Assembly (NCBI GenBank): GCA_965208675.1 | Contig: OZ242351.1 | Location: forward strand, 128,001-192,000 | Length of the DNA: 64,000 bases | DNA from: Candidatus Poribacteria bacterium | GTDB taxonomy: Bacteria > Poribacteria > WGA-4E > PCPOR2b | Reading direction: 5' to 3' | Part shown: positions 31,541-41,796 of the stretch, piece after piece | How positions within the stretch are numbered: position 1 is the stretch's first letter | Layout of the letters: each line of letters begins with the position of its first letter | The notes under the pieces: generated by a model | Database searches by the model: none | What the model was told of the DNA's origin: nothing | The model's input: only the letters and a program-made list of their open reading frames with translations | Made by a program: the position numbers and the translations under genes

Positions 31541-33724
31541 ATGGACAAAGAAACTGACATTGCGACCCGAAATTCAGCCGACCATCAAATCCAATTTACC
31601 TCCGGCAGGACAATTTACGTTGAAGCTTTGCTAGGCGATCGATGGGTTGGACGGTATTGGAACGCCAATGGCCGCTCCAATTGGGCGTACGAACTCTGGG
31701 AGCAGAATGCCTTCCATCTGGAGATTGATAGTGCCATGCTTGCCGCCGGCTGGCGGTGGATTTCGTGGGGCGAAGTCGCGGTGAACAACCGCGGAGCTCG
31801 ACATTTTGTGGTTGAAATTTCCAACGCGGCCCGCCCTGTCAGCGTCCGAATGCATACTGTACTCGACGGGACACCGGTGCTGACACGTTGGCTCGAAATA
31901 ACAAACAACGGTGACGTACCCATGGCGTTGACGAAGGTCTTTCCCTGGTCAAGCCTTTTAAAAGCGCACGCAGGGCATAGGCATTTTCCGCCCGATGGAC
32001 TTGAGGGCGCATTCAACTTGGGTTTCTTCAGCGAGAGTGATTGGGGTTACGAAGGATGGTTCAATTGGAAGCCGCTTTCAACTGGATCCACAATCGTTGA
32101 ATGCGGCAAAGGGCAAGGGTTCGATGACCCATTCTTTATCGTAAACAATCGAGCAAAGGGAGAATTCTTAATCGGTCATCTAGCTTGGCCAGCGAATTGG
32201 CGCATGGAATTCGACTGCCATGAAGGTGTCAATGCTGACTATGAACGGCGGTGGGGGCCCTTACGGTCTTCCGCACAGGATCTTCTGAAATTTAAGCTGG
32301 GGCCCTCGGCAGATGCGCCGCAGCGCATTATTGCGCCAAGGGAGACAATCGAAACGCCCGCTGTTCACCTCGGACTCGTCTCAGGAGATCTCGACGTGGC
32401 TGTTCAGGCGATGCACGACCATCTGCGGCGCTTTGTACTCCCGTCCGTCGGTTCCGATTCGACCTGCCGGATTCAGTTCTTGGTCCCCGGCGACCAAGGT
32501 TACCTTGAACGCGGGGGTTATGCCTTCGACGAAAACACTGCTGCCGAGGAAAATGACCCGAATCAACGAATCTTCGATGAGGCGGCCGTACGCGAATGTA
32601 TTGACATTGCCGAGTCAATCGGGGCGGAACTGTTCACACTTGACGCAGGATGGTGGGACGAACAAGGGGATTGGTTCCCATCTCCAAGCCGGTTTCCCCG
32701 TGGTTTGGAGCCCCTTGTTAAATATGCCCATCAGAAGGGGCTTCGATTTGGAATGTACGGCGAGATTGAACGGGCGTACGGAAAAGGGTGTAGAATCGTT
32801 AAGGAACACCCGGACTGGATTGGACCCAGTGGCATTTTGAACCTGACACGGCCCGAGGTAGCCGAATACGTTGAGTCCGAACTCGTCCGGCTAATCGAAG
32901 GTTACGAATTGGACCTATTCAGACTCGACTACAATCCCCTTTTCACGTACGAAGGTCCTACAACACACCGAGACGGCTTTGTCGAAAACAACTATTGGCG
33001 GTATTATAGTGCATTCTACACCATATTTGACCGAATCCGCAAAAGATATCCCAATCTAATCCTGCAACAGTGCGCTGTCGGCGGAGCTCGTAACGATCTC
33101 GGCGTCGTCAGCCGGTTTCATGAGGCCTACCTCACCGATGTGCTATGGCTGCCACACGTTCTTCAAAACTACAGCGGATTGACAATGGGGCTGCCGCCTG
33201 AAATCATCGTTACGGCGTTCGGCGCCTGCCGAGAGGGAATCGGGTATCCTGAGAATTTCGATACCTTGCTGCGTTGTATCTTTACGCTCGGCACACCCTT
33301 GATTTTTGCCGGGATGGTCGGGCCAAGTCGAGAGGGATTGACCCGCGAACGCCGCAGCGATTTCCTACGGTACGCGAAGCTCTATCGGGAATTTATTCGT
33401 CCGGTGTTGCCCATGTGCAAAATGTACCATCACGCGCCCGTTTCCGCTCGCGGCGGCGTGACTTCAAGCGGTTGGTTTGCCGTGGAGTATGCGTCCACAG
33501 ACCGTTCAAAAGCTTGGGCGACAATTGCCAAGATTGGTAAGTGCGAATCCGACACATACCTTTTTATACCCAAAGGATTGCATCGGGGAAAGACCTACGC
33601 AATCACGATCGATAGCACTGGCGAATCAGCTACAGCCGACGGATTGCGTCTAGTTCAGGAAGGTATACCGATTCGGCTGGAATCCCTCGCCGCCTCCGAG
33701 CTACTGATGTTTGTTGAACAGTAA
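31541..33724 (+). CDS. Glycoside hydrolase family 36 (alpha-galactosidase-like)
   Basis: LDAGWW, RFPRGL, FRLDYN, CAVGGARND and TD motifs; ATG 31541 with GGAG SD. Confidence 0.82.
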   Translation: MDKETDIATRNSADHQIQFTSGRTIYVEALLGDRWVGRYWNANGRSNWAYELWEQNAFHLEIDSAMLAAGWRWISWGEVAVNNRGARHFVVEISNAARPVSVRMHTVLDGTPVLTRWLEITNNGDVPMALTKVFPWSSLLKAHAGHRHFPPDGLEGAFNLGFFSESDWGYEGWFNWKPLSTGSTIVECGKGQGFDDPFFIVNNRAKGEFLIGHLAWPANWRMEFDCHEGVNADYERRWGPLRSSAQDLLKFKLGPSADAPQRIIAPRETIETPAVHLGLVSGDLDVAVQAMHDHLRRFVLPSVGSDSTCRIQFLVPGDQGYLERGGYAFDENTAAEENDPNQRIFDEAAVRECIDIAESIGAELFTLDAGWWDEQGDWFPSPSRFPRGLEPLVKYAHQKGLRFGMYGEIERAYGKGCRIVKEHPDWIGPSGILNLTRPEVAEYVESELVRLIEGYELDLFRLDYNPLFTYEGPTTHRDGFVENNYWRYYSAFYTIFDRIRKRYPNLILQQCAVGGARNDLGVVSRFHEAYLTDVLWLPHVLQNYSGLTMGLPPEIIVTAFGACREGIGYPENFDTLLRCIFTLGTPLIFAGMVGPSREGLTRERRSDFLRYAKLYREFIRPVLPMCKMYHHAPVSARGGVTSSGWFAVEYASTDRSKAWATIAKIGKCESDTYLFIPKGLHRGKTYAITIDSTGESATADGLRLVQEGIPIRLESLAASELLMFVEQ

Positions 33725-33755
33725 TACCCCGAAAATCCTTACCCATACAAGCGGG

Positions 33756-34001
33756 AACCACTTCATTCTCCCCCTCGTAGGAGGGGAGTTAAATTTGAAA
33801 CAATCCGATTCTTCCCCCTCTCTAGGGGACTTAGCACGTAAACATTCCATTTCTTCCCCAATCATATGGGACTTTGTAGGTAAACACTCCATTTCTTCGC
33901 CAATCATAGGGGAGTTAGAACGTAAACAATTCAATTCTTCCCCTTACAAAGGGGCATTCACTTCATTTCCTCCCCCTTACTAAGGGGGAGCGAGAGGGGG
34001 T
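33756..34001 (+). repeat. Five degenerate 42-bp tandem units with CCCC..GGGG hairpins, ending in a CCCCCTT-ACT-AAGGGGG palindrome
   Basis: Units start at 33756, 33798, 33840, 33882 and 33924; consensus roughly AAACAnTCCnnTTCTTCCCCnnTCnTAGGGGAnTTnGnAnGT. Confidence 0.85.
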
Positions 34002-34013
34002 AATCAACAAACA

Positions 34014-35009
34014 ATGAAAAACCAAACAACAAACAATCTGCCCCAACCCACGACCAATCTGCGCATCGCAAAGACACATCTGGACGAATTCGGTTATTGC
34101 CTCGTAGCTGATGCGCTCAGTGCTGATGCGGTGGCGCGTTTACGAACCCGACTAGAAGAGCAGGCAACTGCCGAGAAACAGCGCGGGCTTGCCTTCGAGG
34201 ACGGAGGTGCAACGCAGAACTGGGGGGACTTTCGAAAACCGGACGGCAGTCTCAGGCCTGAAGCCTTTACCGAGGAACATGGAGGGCGTAACCAACGCAT
34301 CTGGATGCTAATCAACAAAGGGGTGGTCTTCCACCATCTGTTATTCCATGAGCGTATCCGCGAATTGATTTCTTACCGGCTCGGCGACGAATTCCTGTTA
34401 TCCAGCCATACCGCGAATATTGCCAAACCGGGCGGCGTCGCCATGGATTTGCACACCGATCAGTGGTGGATGCCGGCGCCAACACGTCGAGACCGGTCTC
34501 CGTTGCCGCCGGGTTCAATTAACCGTCGCCGCTTCGACGTGGATAAAGCAGGGCCTCCCCTGATGATCGCCCCATCCGTCGTCGTGAACGTCCTGTGGAT
34601 GTTGAGCGGTTTCACTGCCGAAAACGGTGGAACGCGGGTGGTGCCGCGGAGCCATCTTATCGGGCGGCAACCGGACGCTGATCGGGACACGGACGTTGAA
34701 ACCGTAGCCGCTGAAGGACGTGCCGGAACCGCTTTGGTGTTGGATGGACGTACGTGGCACGGTACCGGCGCTAATGTGACCGATGCCCCGAGGTGGGCAG
34801 TAATTTCGACGTTCTGCGGTCCGCAGTTCCGTCCACAGGAGAATTTTACCGTCGGTACATCATCTGAGGTGCTGAAACAGGCGTCCCCGGAACTATTATC
34901 ACTCCTGGGTTTTAAAGTATGGAATGCCTACGGCCGCATCGAAAGCCCCGCGGTCGAATTCATTTCACCAAGCGATACCTCACTCGGCGAAATGCAGCCC
35001 GATCCATAA
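34014..35009 (+). CDS. PhyH-type Fe(II)/2-oxoglutarate dioxygenase
   Basis: LDEFGYC, LHTD, NGGTRVVPRSH and TWHGTG motifs. Confidence 0.88.
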   Translation: MKNQTTNNLPQPTTNLRIAKTHLDEFGYCLVADALSADAVARLRTRLEEQATAEKQRGLAFEDGGATQNWGDFRKPDGSLRPEAFTEEHGGRNQRIWMLINKGVVFHHLLFHERIRELISYRLGDEFLLSSHTANIAKPGGVAMDLHTDQWWMPAPTRRDRSPLPPGSINRRRFDVDKAGPPLMIAPSVVVNVLWMLSGFTAENGGTRVVPRSHLIGRQPDADRDTDVETVAAEGRAGTALVLDGRTWHGTGANVTDAPRWAVISTFCGPQFRPQENFTVGTSSEVLKQASPELLSLLGFKVWNAYGRIESPAVEFISPSDTSLGEMQPDP

Positions 35010-35491
35010 TGCGGTGCCGCACCTACATCATTTCGTTGGAAAGACTTACCATCTACTCCTCCGTCATTAACGACGGCGGGAGACGCTTCAAAACTGCCAG
35101 GCAACCATAACATCTCCCATTGATGGACACATTGAAACGGCTGCAAAACGTAATCACCGAATCCGCATCGTTGCCAGAACCATCGCTTTCCGTTGAATTT
35201 GCGTACGTGCACGGGTAAGCCCAATGTGAACTTCTCTTCAGCCGATACGCCGTTGTTTACCGCCTTGAAAACGACGCTAATCATTTGGTATACTTGCGGT
35301 GCGAAGCGAATCGGTGAGATAGCACGTGCGGCGTGGATTCGATAATTTGCTCTACTCATTTGGAACGGACTGGCCGATGTTTCCGGCACTGTAAAAACCT
35401 GTCACCGAACTAGGTTAGAAAACTTTAAGCAAAAACCCGCCAATAGATCGCTATCGCTAGATTTAATTATGATTACGAGAGTTCAAAGTAG

Positions 35492-36574
35492 ATGATGTCC
35501 CCCAAAGAAACCGTGCAGTTTCAGAATGAGCTTACGGACTGGTTCGATGCACATCACCGTAAATTACCTTGGCGTGATACTCAAAACCCGTACGGTATCT
35601 GGGTCTCTGAGGTAATGCTTCAACAAACTCAGGTCACAAAGGTGCTGCATTATTACCAGGATTTTTTGGACAAATTTCCCGATGTTCAGTGTTTGGCTGA
35701 GGCAAACCTACAAGACGTGTTGAAAGCTTGGGAAGGCCTAGGCTACTACGCCAGAGCTCGAAATCTGCACAAAGCCGCCAAAGTAATAGTCTCGGATTTT
35801 GGCGGCAAAATACCGGCGGATTACGCAATTTTCCGGAATTTGCCGGGTGTCGGGGACTATATTGCCGCGGCTGTACAGAGTATCGCGTTTCATGCGCCTT
35901 ACGCAGTAGTGGATGGCAACGTAAAACGAGTCGTGGCGCGGTTGTTTCTCATTAATTCGCCTATCAACGCATCGTCCTCTAGTAAGACGTTTCAAAACAT
36001 GGCTGACATGTTGTTGGATCGAGATTCGCCGGGCGCATTTAATCAAGCGATGATGGAATTAGGTGCAACGGTTTGCCGCCCAAAATCTCCGCTTTGCGTC
36101 GTCTGTCCCGTAAAATCCGTATGTTGTGCTTTTCAATTTGCGCGGCAGCAAGAATTTCCAATCCGACTCAAACCCAAACCGCTTCCGGAATATCGCCTTG
36201 CAGTAGGTGTTGTCCGCAGAAATAACCACGTTCTAATTACTCAGCGAAAATTTGATGGATTACTTGGCGGTTTGTGGGAATTTCCCGGTGATGAAATCAG
36301 AGAGCAGGAGACGCCTCAAGAGGCTTGTATCCGGCAGGTTAAAGAACATGTCAATCTCACCGTTGAGGTAACCGAATTCCTCACGCGAGTCAAGCACGCT
36401 TTCACGCACTTCAAGATTGTCGCAGATGTCTTTTGCTGCCGTTACCAATCCGGCGAAGTCGCCTTAAACGGGCCGATCGATCATCGCTGGATTACGGTTG
36501 ACGAAATCGATCAATTCCCTTTTCCACGCGCCCATCATCAAATCATTCCTCGTGTTAAGGGAAATTCGGCTTAA
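35492..36574 (+). CDS. mutY: A/G-specific adenine glycosylase
   Basis: WVSEVMLQQTQV, GLGYYARARNL, HhH LPGVG, Fe-S CRPKSPLCVVCP..C, C-terminal NUDIX-like domain. Confidence 0.97.
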   Translation: MMSPKETVQFQNELTDWFDAHHRKLPWRDTQNPYGIWVSEVMLQQTQVTKVLHYYQDFLDKFPDVQCLAEANLQDVLKAWEGLGYYARARNLHKAAKVIVSDFGGKIPADYAIFRNLPGVGDYIAAAVQSIAFHAPYAVVDGNVKRVVARLFLINSPINASSSSKTFQNMADMLLDRDSPGAFNQAMMELGATVCRPKSPLCVVCPVKSVCCAFQFARQQEFPIRLKPKPLPEYRLAVGVVRRNNHVLITQRKFDGLLGGLWEFPGDEIREQETPQEACIRQVKEHVNLTVEVTEFLTRVKHAFTHFKIVADVFCCRYQSGEVALNGPIDHRWITVDEIDQFPFPRAHHQIIPRVKGNSA

Positions 36575-36783
36575 ACGCTGCCGGAGATGATTACCCGGTA
36601 AGTTGATATAAAACCGCCGCCTGCAAATAGTAGTTGAGTTGGTGCTCTGTGTTTATGCCATTTCAGGTTTTGCCGGTAATAAGTGTTTTTGCGGCCGGGT
36701 ACAGCGTTGCAATGATGCAACTTCCAGCACGAGTTTGGGTATAATACAGTAATTACCAAATGACGCTGTGCGAGGAGCACACA

Positions 36784-37326
36784 ATGAAATATAGATTCTT
36801 GAAACCCACCCTACTGCTGATTTCCTTCTCGTTAATCGGTTTCAATCTCGCCTGCAAGCAGGCGCGAGAAAGTGCAACCGTATCGGGAAAAAACGCGGAA
36901 TTACAAGAACAGAAAGAGGTAAATATGTCGGAGAAAGTCGAAAAAACAGAGGAAGAGTGGCGGCAGTTACTGACGCCCGAGCAATTTCACGTAACTCGGA
37001 GAAAGGGAACCGAACGGGCTTTCACTGGTGAATATCACGACTTTAAGGGAAAAGGCGTGTACAAGTGCATCTGTTGTGGAACCGAGCTCTTCAGTTCTGA
37101 AACGAAGTATGACTCTGGAACGGGATGGCCCAGCTTCTGGCAGCCGATTTCGGCGTATAAGATTAGTACCGAAACCGATAAGAGTTTCTTTATGACCCGT
37201 ACTGAAGTATTGTGCAGTCAATGTGATGCACATCTCGGTCACGTTTTTGAAGATGGGCCGCCGCCGACCGGGCTTCGTTATTGCATCAATTCTGTCGCGC
37301 TCAATTTCGCTGAGAAGCGAGAGTAG
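36784..37326 (+). CDS. msrB: Peptide methionine sulfoxide reductase B with N-terminal export/lipoprotein-like signal
   Basis: [26 protein letters not shown] and two CxxC motifs; ATG 36784 with GAGGAG SD. Confidence 0.95.
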   Translation: MKYRFLKPTLLLISFSLIGFNLACKQARESATVSGKNAELQEQKEVNMSEKVEKTEEEWRQLLTPEQFHVTRRKGTERAFTGEYHDFKGKGVYKCICCGTELFSSETKYDSGTGWPSFWQPISAYKISTETDKSFFMTRTEVLCSQCDAHLGHVFEDGPPPTGLRYCINSVALNFAEKRE

Positions 37327-37461
37327 AAATGGATAATGCTAATCCCAACGCTCAACCCAATAAAGCTAATCGGCCGTTTCTTCGGTTCAGCTAAACGGTT
37401 CTTGCTTGGATTGCGGTGCTCCCTCACTTTGTGTACTCCAGTTACAAAGAACAAAATTGGG

Positions 37462-37490
37462 TTGACAACGACAAAAACCTTCAGTAGAAT
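37462..37490 (+). promoter_or_regulatory. Sigma70-like promoter
   Basis: TTGACA-17nt-TAGAAT upstream of 37567. Confidence 0.65.
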
Positions 37491-37566
37491 TAGTAAAATA
37501 AGTGTTCGCCGCAGTGCGGATACGAATTCCCATATTGACGATTCAGGAGTGTTAGCGAGGTAAATT

Positions 37567-37926
37567 ATGGCAAATGAAAATGCTCTACAGAACGGTGATG
37601 GAGCGGTTGAAGCGCACAGTGGTGTCCTAATCAGTACAAACCAGGTGCAGTCTATCAATGTCCCAGGAAAATTCTCCAAAGAAAAAACTTCAGATGGGTG
37701 GCAAATCAGACTTCATGATGCTTGCAAGGTCGTAATTAATCTCACCACGAGCATGCGAAAAATTGAAATTAATTTAATCAAAGGCGATAGAATTGAAAAA
37801 GACGGGTCAGATATTCTCGTAATTAGAAACCATCCCGCTGATGTTTACAGATCACAGAGCCAGCCATCGCCGCTCGCCCGAAGCCGTGATGAGTTATTGC
37901 AACAGGGTGAAGCCGCGAAGGTGTAG
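37567..37926 (+). CDS. Hypothetical protein
   Basis: 119-aa ORF with GAGGT SD and its own consensus promoter. Confidence 0.65.
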   Translation: MANENALQNGDGAVEAHSGVLISTNQVQSINVPGKFSKEKTSDGWQIRLHDACKVVINLTTSMRKIEINLIKGDRIEKDGSDILVIRNHPADVYRSQSQPSPLARSRDELLQQGEAAKV

Positions 37927-38099
37927 AAGATTTAACTCTAGATTAGAGCGCGGCCAAAACTCGACCGCATGAGTAGTGTCGCAACCAAGAGTGATAAGGC
38001 GGTATTCCGCGAACGAGGGTGCGGATAACGTAGTGTCATGGTCTCCGAGTGCGGTACATCTACCGAAGTAGTTTTGATAGCGCACGTATTTTTTAGGCA

Positions 38100-38642
38100 G
38101 TGGAGCGGACTGGCGTGAGACTAGAAAATACAACTTCAACACTTGATAGAATCCACAATATAGTTTTCAGCTTGCGCGGGGCAATGGCTCCAGCCCAGAT
38201 TATATTCAGCCCCGAAACATACCAAGAAATCATAAATCAGCAGGTTGTTCGACAAGCTATCAATGCTGAATCAGACGTCAGGCAAATGCTGGAGCGTCAT
38301 TTTTCAACGCCAATCGCGATTCGGGAGGAGAATTCCGATGTAATTATTACGAAGGAACTCTATCCAAACCCTTGCCCGATTTGTGGGTGTCGAATTCCAT
38401 TCCTGCGGGAACTCATTGAACGCCTCGAATCACAGCCTACCAGAAGGATTCGGTGTCCGAGAGGACATCGCTACGAGGGAGAGATTAAAACCTACTACCT
38501 TAACATTCGTCACGACCCCAATCCCCTAAAATCAAACGCCCACCCGACCTGCCCTCAATGTGGAAGTAAAAATTTACAAAAACTAAGCCAAACCGATTTT
38601 TTCTGCCTCGATTGTGAATGGGATAACCTCCTACAAATTTAG
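38100..38642 (+). CDS. Hypothetical protein with two zinc ribbons
   Basis: CPIC...CPRGH and CPQC...CLDC; start GTG 38100 or 38115. Confidence 0.7.
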   Translation: MERTGVRLENTTSTLDRIHNIVFSLRGAMAPAQIIFSPETYQEIINQQVVRQAINAESDVRQMLERHFSTPIAIREENSDVIITKELYPNPCPICGCRIPFLRELIERLESQPTRRIRCPRGHRYEGEIKTYYLNIRHDPNPLKSNAHPTCPQCGSKNLQKLSQTDFFCLDCEWDNLLQI

Positions 38643-38811
38643 TCGTCAGGCGGGCAGATACGGTAGAGTGCTATTCTTGCCCATAATCGTATGATAAGTG
38701 TGTACCGCTTGTTTTTGATTGGGTAGTAAGAGAATCCATCCGCACCACGCTGATGATCCCGCTGGAAAGATGCCTTGTGTAATTTAAAATAACCCAGCAA
38801 AAGGAGAAAAG

Positions 38812-40426
38812 ATGAAAAAAAATCCGCGTTGCGGCATTCAGTGAATTACAGGACCGCCAACCCGCTCACGCATTGGTCGGAAACGTAGACCTGGTGATTA
38901 TTAAATACGACGATGATATTTCGGTGTTGTACGGGCGATGTCTTCACCGCGGTGCCCTGCTCGCAGACGGACATATTGATGGAAAAAACATAATATGCGG
39001 GCTGCACAATTGGGATTATCGCTACGATACGGGTATCAGTGAATATCACAATGAGGAGCAGTTGGAGAAATTCACGGCGTGGATTGAGGACGATGCTGTA
39101 TTTGTGGATGAAGAGGAAATCATTGCTTGGGAGAAGAAGAATCCTGAACCCTACATACGTGACGAATATCAAGGAGCATACCAAGATATACACGGCACAT
39201 CTGAAGAACCCTATGTGGGCTACATTCGCCATCTAGCCAGTTATGGGCTAAGCAAGGTCGGAAATCACGGCCGTATGGACGCGATGGGTGTGCCAAGGGA
39301 CCAACTTCCTAGCTGGGACGATCTACAATTTGTCACCGCTCAATTACAAGAATTCCCGCAGCTAGATGATGTTCCGGTTGGAACGGAATTGACCATAGTT
39401 CGAAACGCCAAAAAACCGCTCTACCTTGACATTCCCGTTTTTGTTTCTGACATGAGTTTTGGCACTTTGTCCGCGGAAGCAAAAATTGCCTTAGCGCGAG
39501 GCGCCGAAATGTCTGGGACGGGAATTTGTTCTGGAGAAGGCGGAATGCTGCCGGAAGAGCAGGCCGAAAACAGCCGTTATTTTTACGAGTTGGCTTCCGC
39601 GCGCTTCGGATTCTCCTTCGACAAACTCAACCTAGTTCAAGCCTTTCACTTCAAAGGGGGGCAAGGCGCAAAATCCGGCACAGGCGGTAATCTCCCAGCG
39701 GAAAAAGTCAAAGGAAGAATTGCCGAGGTGCGGGGGATAATAGCAGGACAGCCGGCTGTGTCACCGGCTCGATTTGTCGACTGGAACAGTTTGGAGGACT
39801 TCAAAGCATTTGCAGGCGAGGTACGTAAACTGACCGGCGGAATTCCCATCGGATTTAAGTTATCCGCACAGCACATTGAGGAGGACATCAATTCCGCCCT
39901 TCAAATCCCGGTTGACTACATCATTCTTGACGGGCGCGGAGGAGGTACGGGCGCAGCACCACAAATTTTTAGGGACAACATTTCAGTACCAACTATGCCA
40001 GCCATTGCGCGTGCGCGAAAATACTTGGACGAAACTGGGAATAGCAATGTTACCTTGATTGCCACCGGTGGCTTGCGGAGTCCTGCTGATTTCGCAAAAG
40101 CGTTAGCCCTCGGCGCTGACGGTGTAGCAATTGCCAACTCCGCGATGCAGGCAATCGGATGTGTCGGAATGCGTGCGTGCCATACCAACAATTGCCCGGT
40201 AGGAATCGCAACGCAAAAGGAAAACCTCCGTGCTCGGCTGATTGTGGATCAGGCCGCGCGCCGGCTCAACCGCTTTCTCGGCGCCGCAACTGAATTGATG
40301 CAGGCACTTGCTCGCGCCTGTGGGCACACGCATTTGAATCAACTGTGTGCGGCCGATTTAACAACCTGGAAACGCGATGTTGCTTACTTGACCGGCGTTA
40401 AATACGCGGGAATTGTTCCGTTATAG
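38812..40426 (+). CDS. Rieske [2Fe-2S] plus FMN-binding glutamate synthase domain fusion, with a +1 frameshift in an A8 run just after the start
   Basis: Rieske CLH..CGLH; SDMSFG, GEGG, GQGAK, DGRGGGTGAAP and C..C....CP motifs; the SD-preceded ATG 38812 gives MKKIRVAAFSELQDRQPAHALVGNVD only if one A is removed. Confidence 0.85.
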
Positions 40427-40579
40427 GCTAACGTTAACCCCACCTTTTTTGACTTGCCGCGGCTAACCCGCTGCTGCCGGTGATCAAGGAATCTCTAGAC
40501 GGATTTCCGTTAGAAGAACTATCCAAACCATAGCGAATTTTATCAATATTCCAGTCTCGGTTGGATTCATTTGCACTTT

Positions 40580-41608
40580 TCACCCATCTACCAGCGTCCC
40601 ACCCTGGTGCAATGATCTCCGGCGCGTGATTATGGGTTGAACCTGCGCTATCCACTCGCCAAGTCTAATTAACTTTTTCTGGAAATCTTCTCTGGACAAA
40701 AAGCCGATTCGGTCCAAAAATCGCTTACAGTGCGAATAATGTTTTGAAGAATCGGACGCATGGTTGTCAGAGAGAATCGAATGCATTGCGCTCATCAAGG
40801 TCAGAATTGGCCAAATCGCCTCTCGATAGTAACCTTCGGCTAACATCTGCCGTATCCCGTGCTCCCAATATGCACGTTTGTCCAGAGAAATATGGAAGTG
40901 AGGTATATCGCTAAAGGTGTTGACGTATGTAATGCTGTCAAGCACATCAATCAAAAACGTCTCGACTTCCGTTTCACCGACACCCTCCGCACCTAGCGTT
41001 TCCAACCCTGCCGGGTACAGTTCAGGGGCATCTAGGCGAACACTCACATCTTTCAATTCAACCATTAATCTGCGGTGATTCGGAACTTCGTTCAACATCA
41101 GGGCTGGTGATTCGCCAGTCCAGAAAATTGCGCAGCGCACATCCCAAAGGGAAGCCTGTTCTCCTGACTCAAAGCTGCCGCGAATTCTGTCGTACAGCGA
41201 CTTGGCGGCATCCAGCAGACGCTGGCTTCGCTCGATTTGGTATGAAGGGTGATCGTAAACTGAAAGAATATCCGCTCTAACTTGACCCAACCAGCCAGTC
41301 GGATCGTATACAATGATTCCCTTTGCGAGTTCTAATGCAAGAAATGAAGCATTTAATAGCGTATTCCAGTCGTCGAAACGCCGCTTGGGAAAGAATGTCC
41401 ATTCGAGCGGGACACCATGTTTCATCTCAAAAAACCCGGCTTCTAGCCCGTCCGCTTCAATGACAACTCGCAGGTCGACATCAGCATAATCCGGTGGCGG
41501 CTTCTTTACGATTGAACCGCACGCAAATACACTAATTACGTCTCCACGTTCCCGTGCGAGTCGGGTAGACTCTTCCGCCGCTACTTCTAAACAGAATTCC
41601 CGGTCCAT
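40580..41608 (-). CDS. Pol-beta superfamily nucleotidyltransferase with helical C-terminal domain
   Basis: VFACGS...YADVDL (GS-x-DxD) and IVYDPTG motifs. Confidence 0.7.
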   Translation of the reverse strand: MDREFCLEVAAEESTRLARERGDVISVFACGSIVKKPPPDYADVDLRVVIEADGLEAGFFEMKHGVPLEWTFFPKRRFDDWNTLLNASFLALELAKGIIVYDPTGWLGQVRADILSVYDHPSYQIERSQRLLDAAKSLYDRIRGSFESGEQASLWDVRCAIFWTGESPALMLNEVPNHRRLMVELKDVSVRLDAPELYPAGLETLGAEGVGETEVETFLIDVLDSITYVNTFSDIPHFHISLDKRAYWEHGIRQMLAEGYYREAIWPILTLMSAMHSILSDNHASDSSKHYSHCKRFLDRIGFLSREDFQKKLIRLGEWIAQVQPIITRRRSLHQGGTLVDG

Positions 41609-41796
41609 TGTCGATTATCCCCCAAGAAGGTAACATCAATGGCTGCACAGCATCTATTTCTACCAATACGGAAGAGACAGGTTATTACAAAATTGCGGTC
41701 AAGTTTTCTGCAAACTGACGGCACCGCCGCCATGCCGCCTCAACTCGAATTTCACAGAAAATTCGGCGTAGTTTAGGTTTCTGGCGCACTTCCTTC

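Noticed and set aside
33701-33983. Repeat-encoded ORFs on both strands as real genes
   Set aside because: They are explained by the 42-bp periodicity, overlap the GH36 stop and lack an SD.
33756-34001. CRISPR or TIGR-like guide array
   Set aside because: Variable segments are only a few nt and are related between units; the repeats are degenerate; no cas or Tas-like gene is nearby.
34928-35389. 153-aa minus-strand ORF
   Set aside because: It overlaps the PhyH 3' end, has no SD or recognisable motif and has atypical composition; left uncalled.
40580-41608. CBASS CD-NTase
   Set aside because: No adjacent effector or cap genes, and motif spacing is more KNTase/MNT-like.
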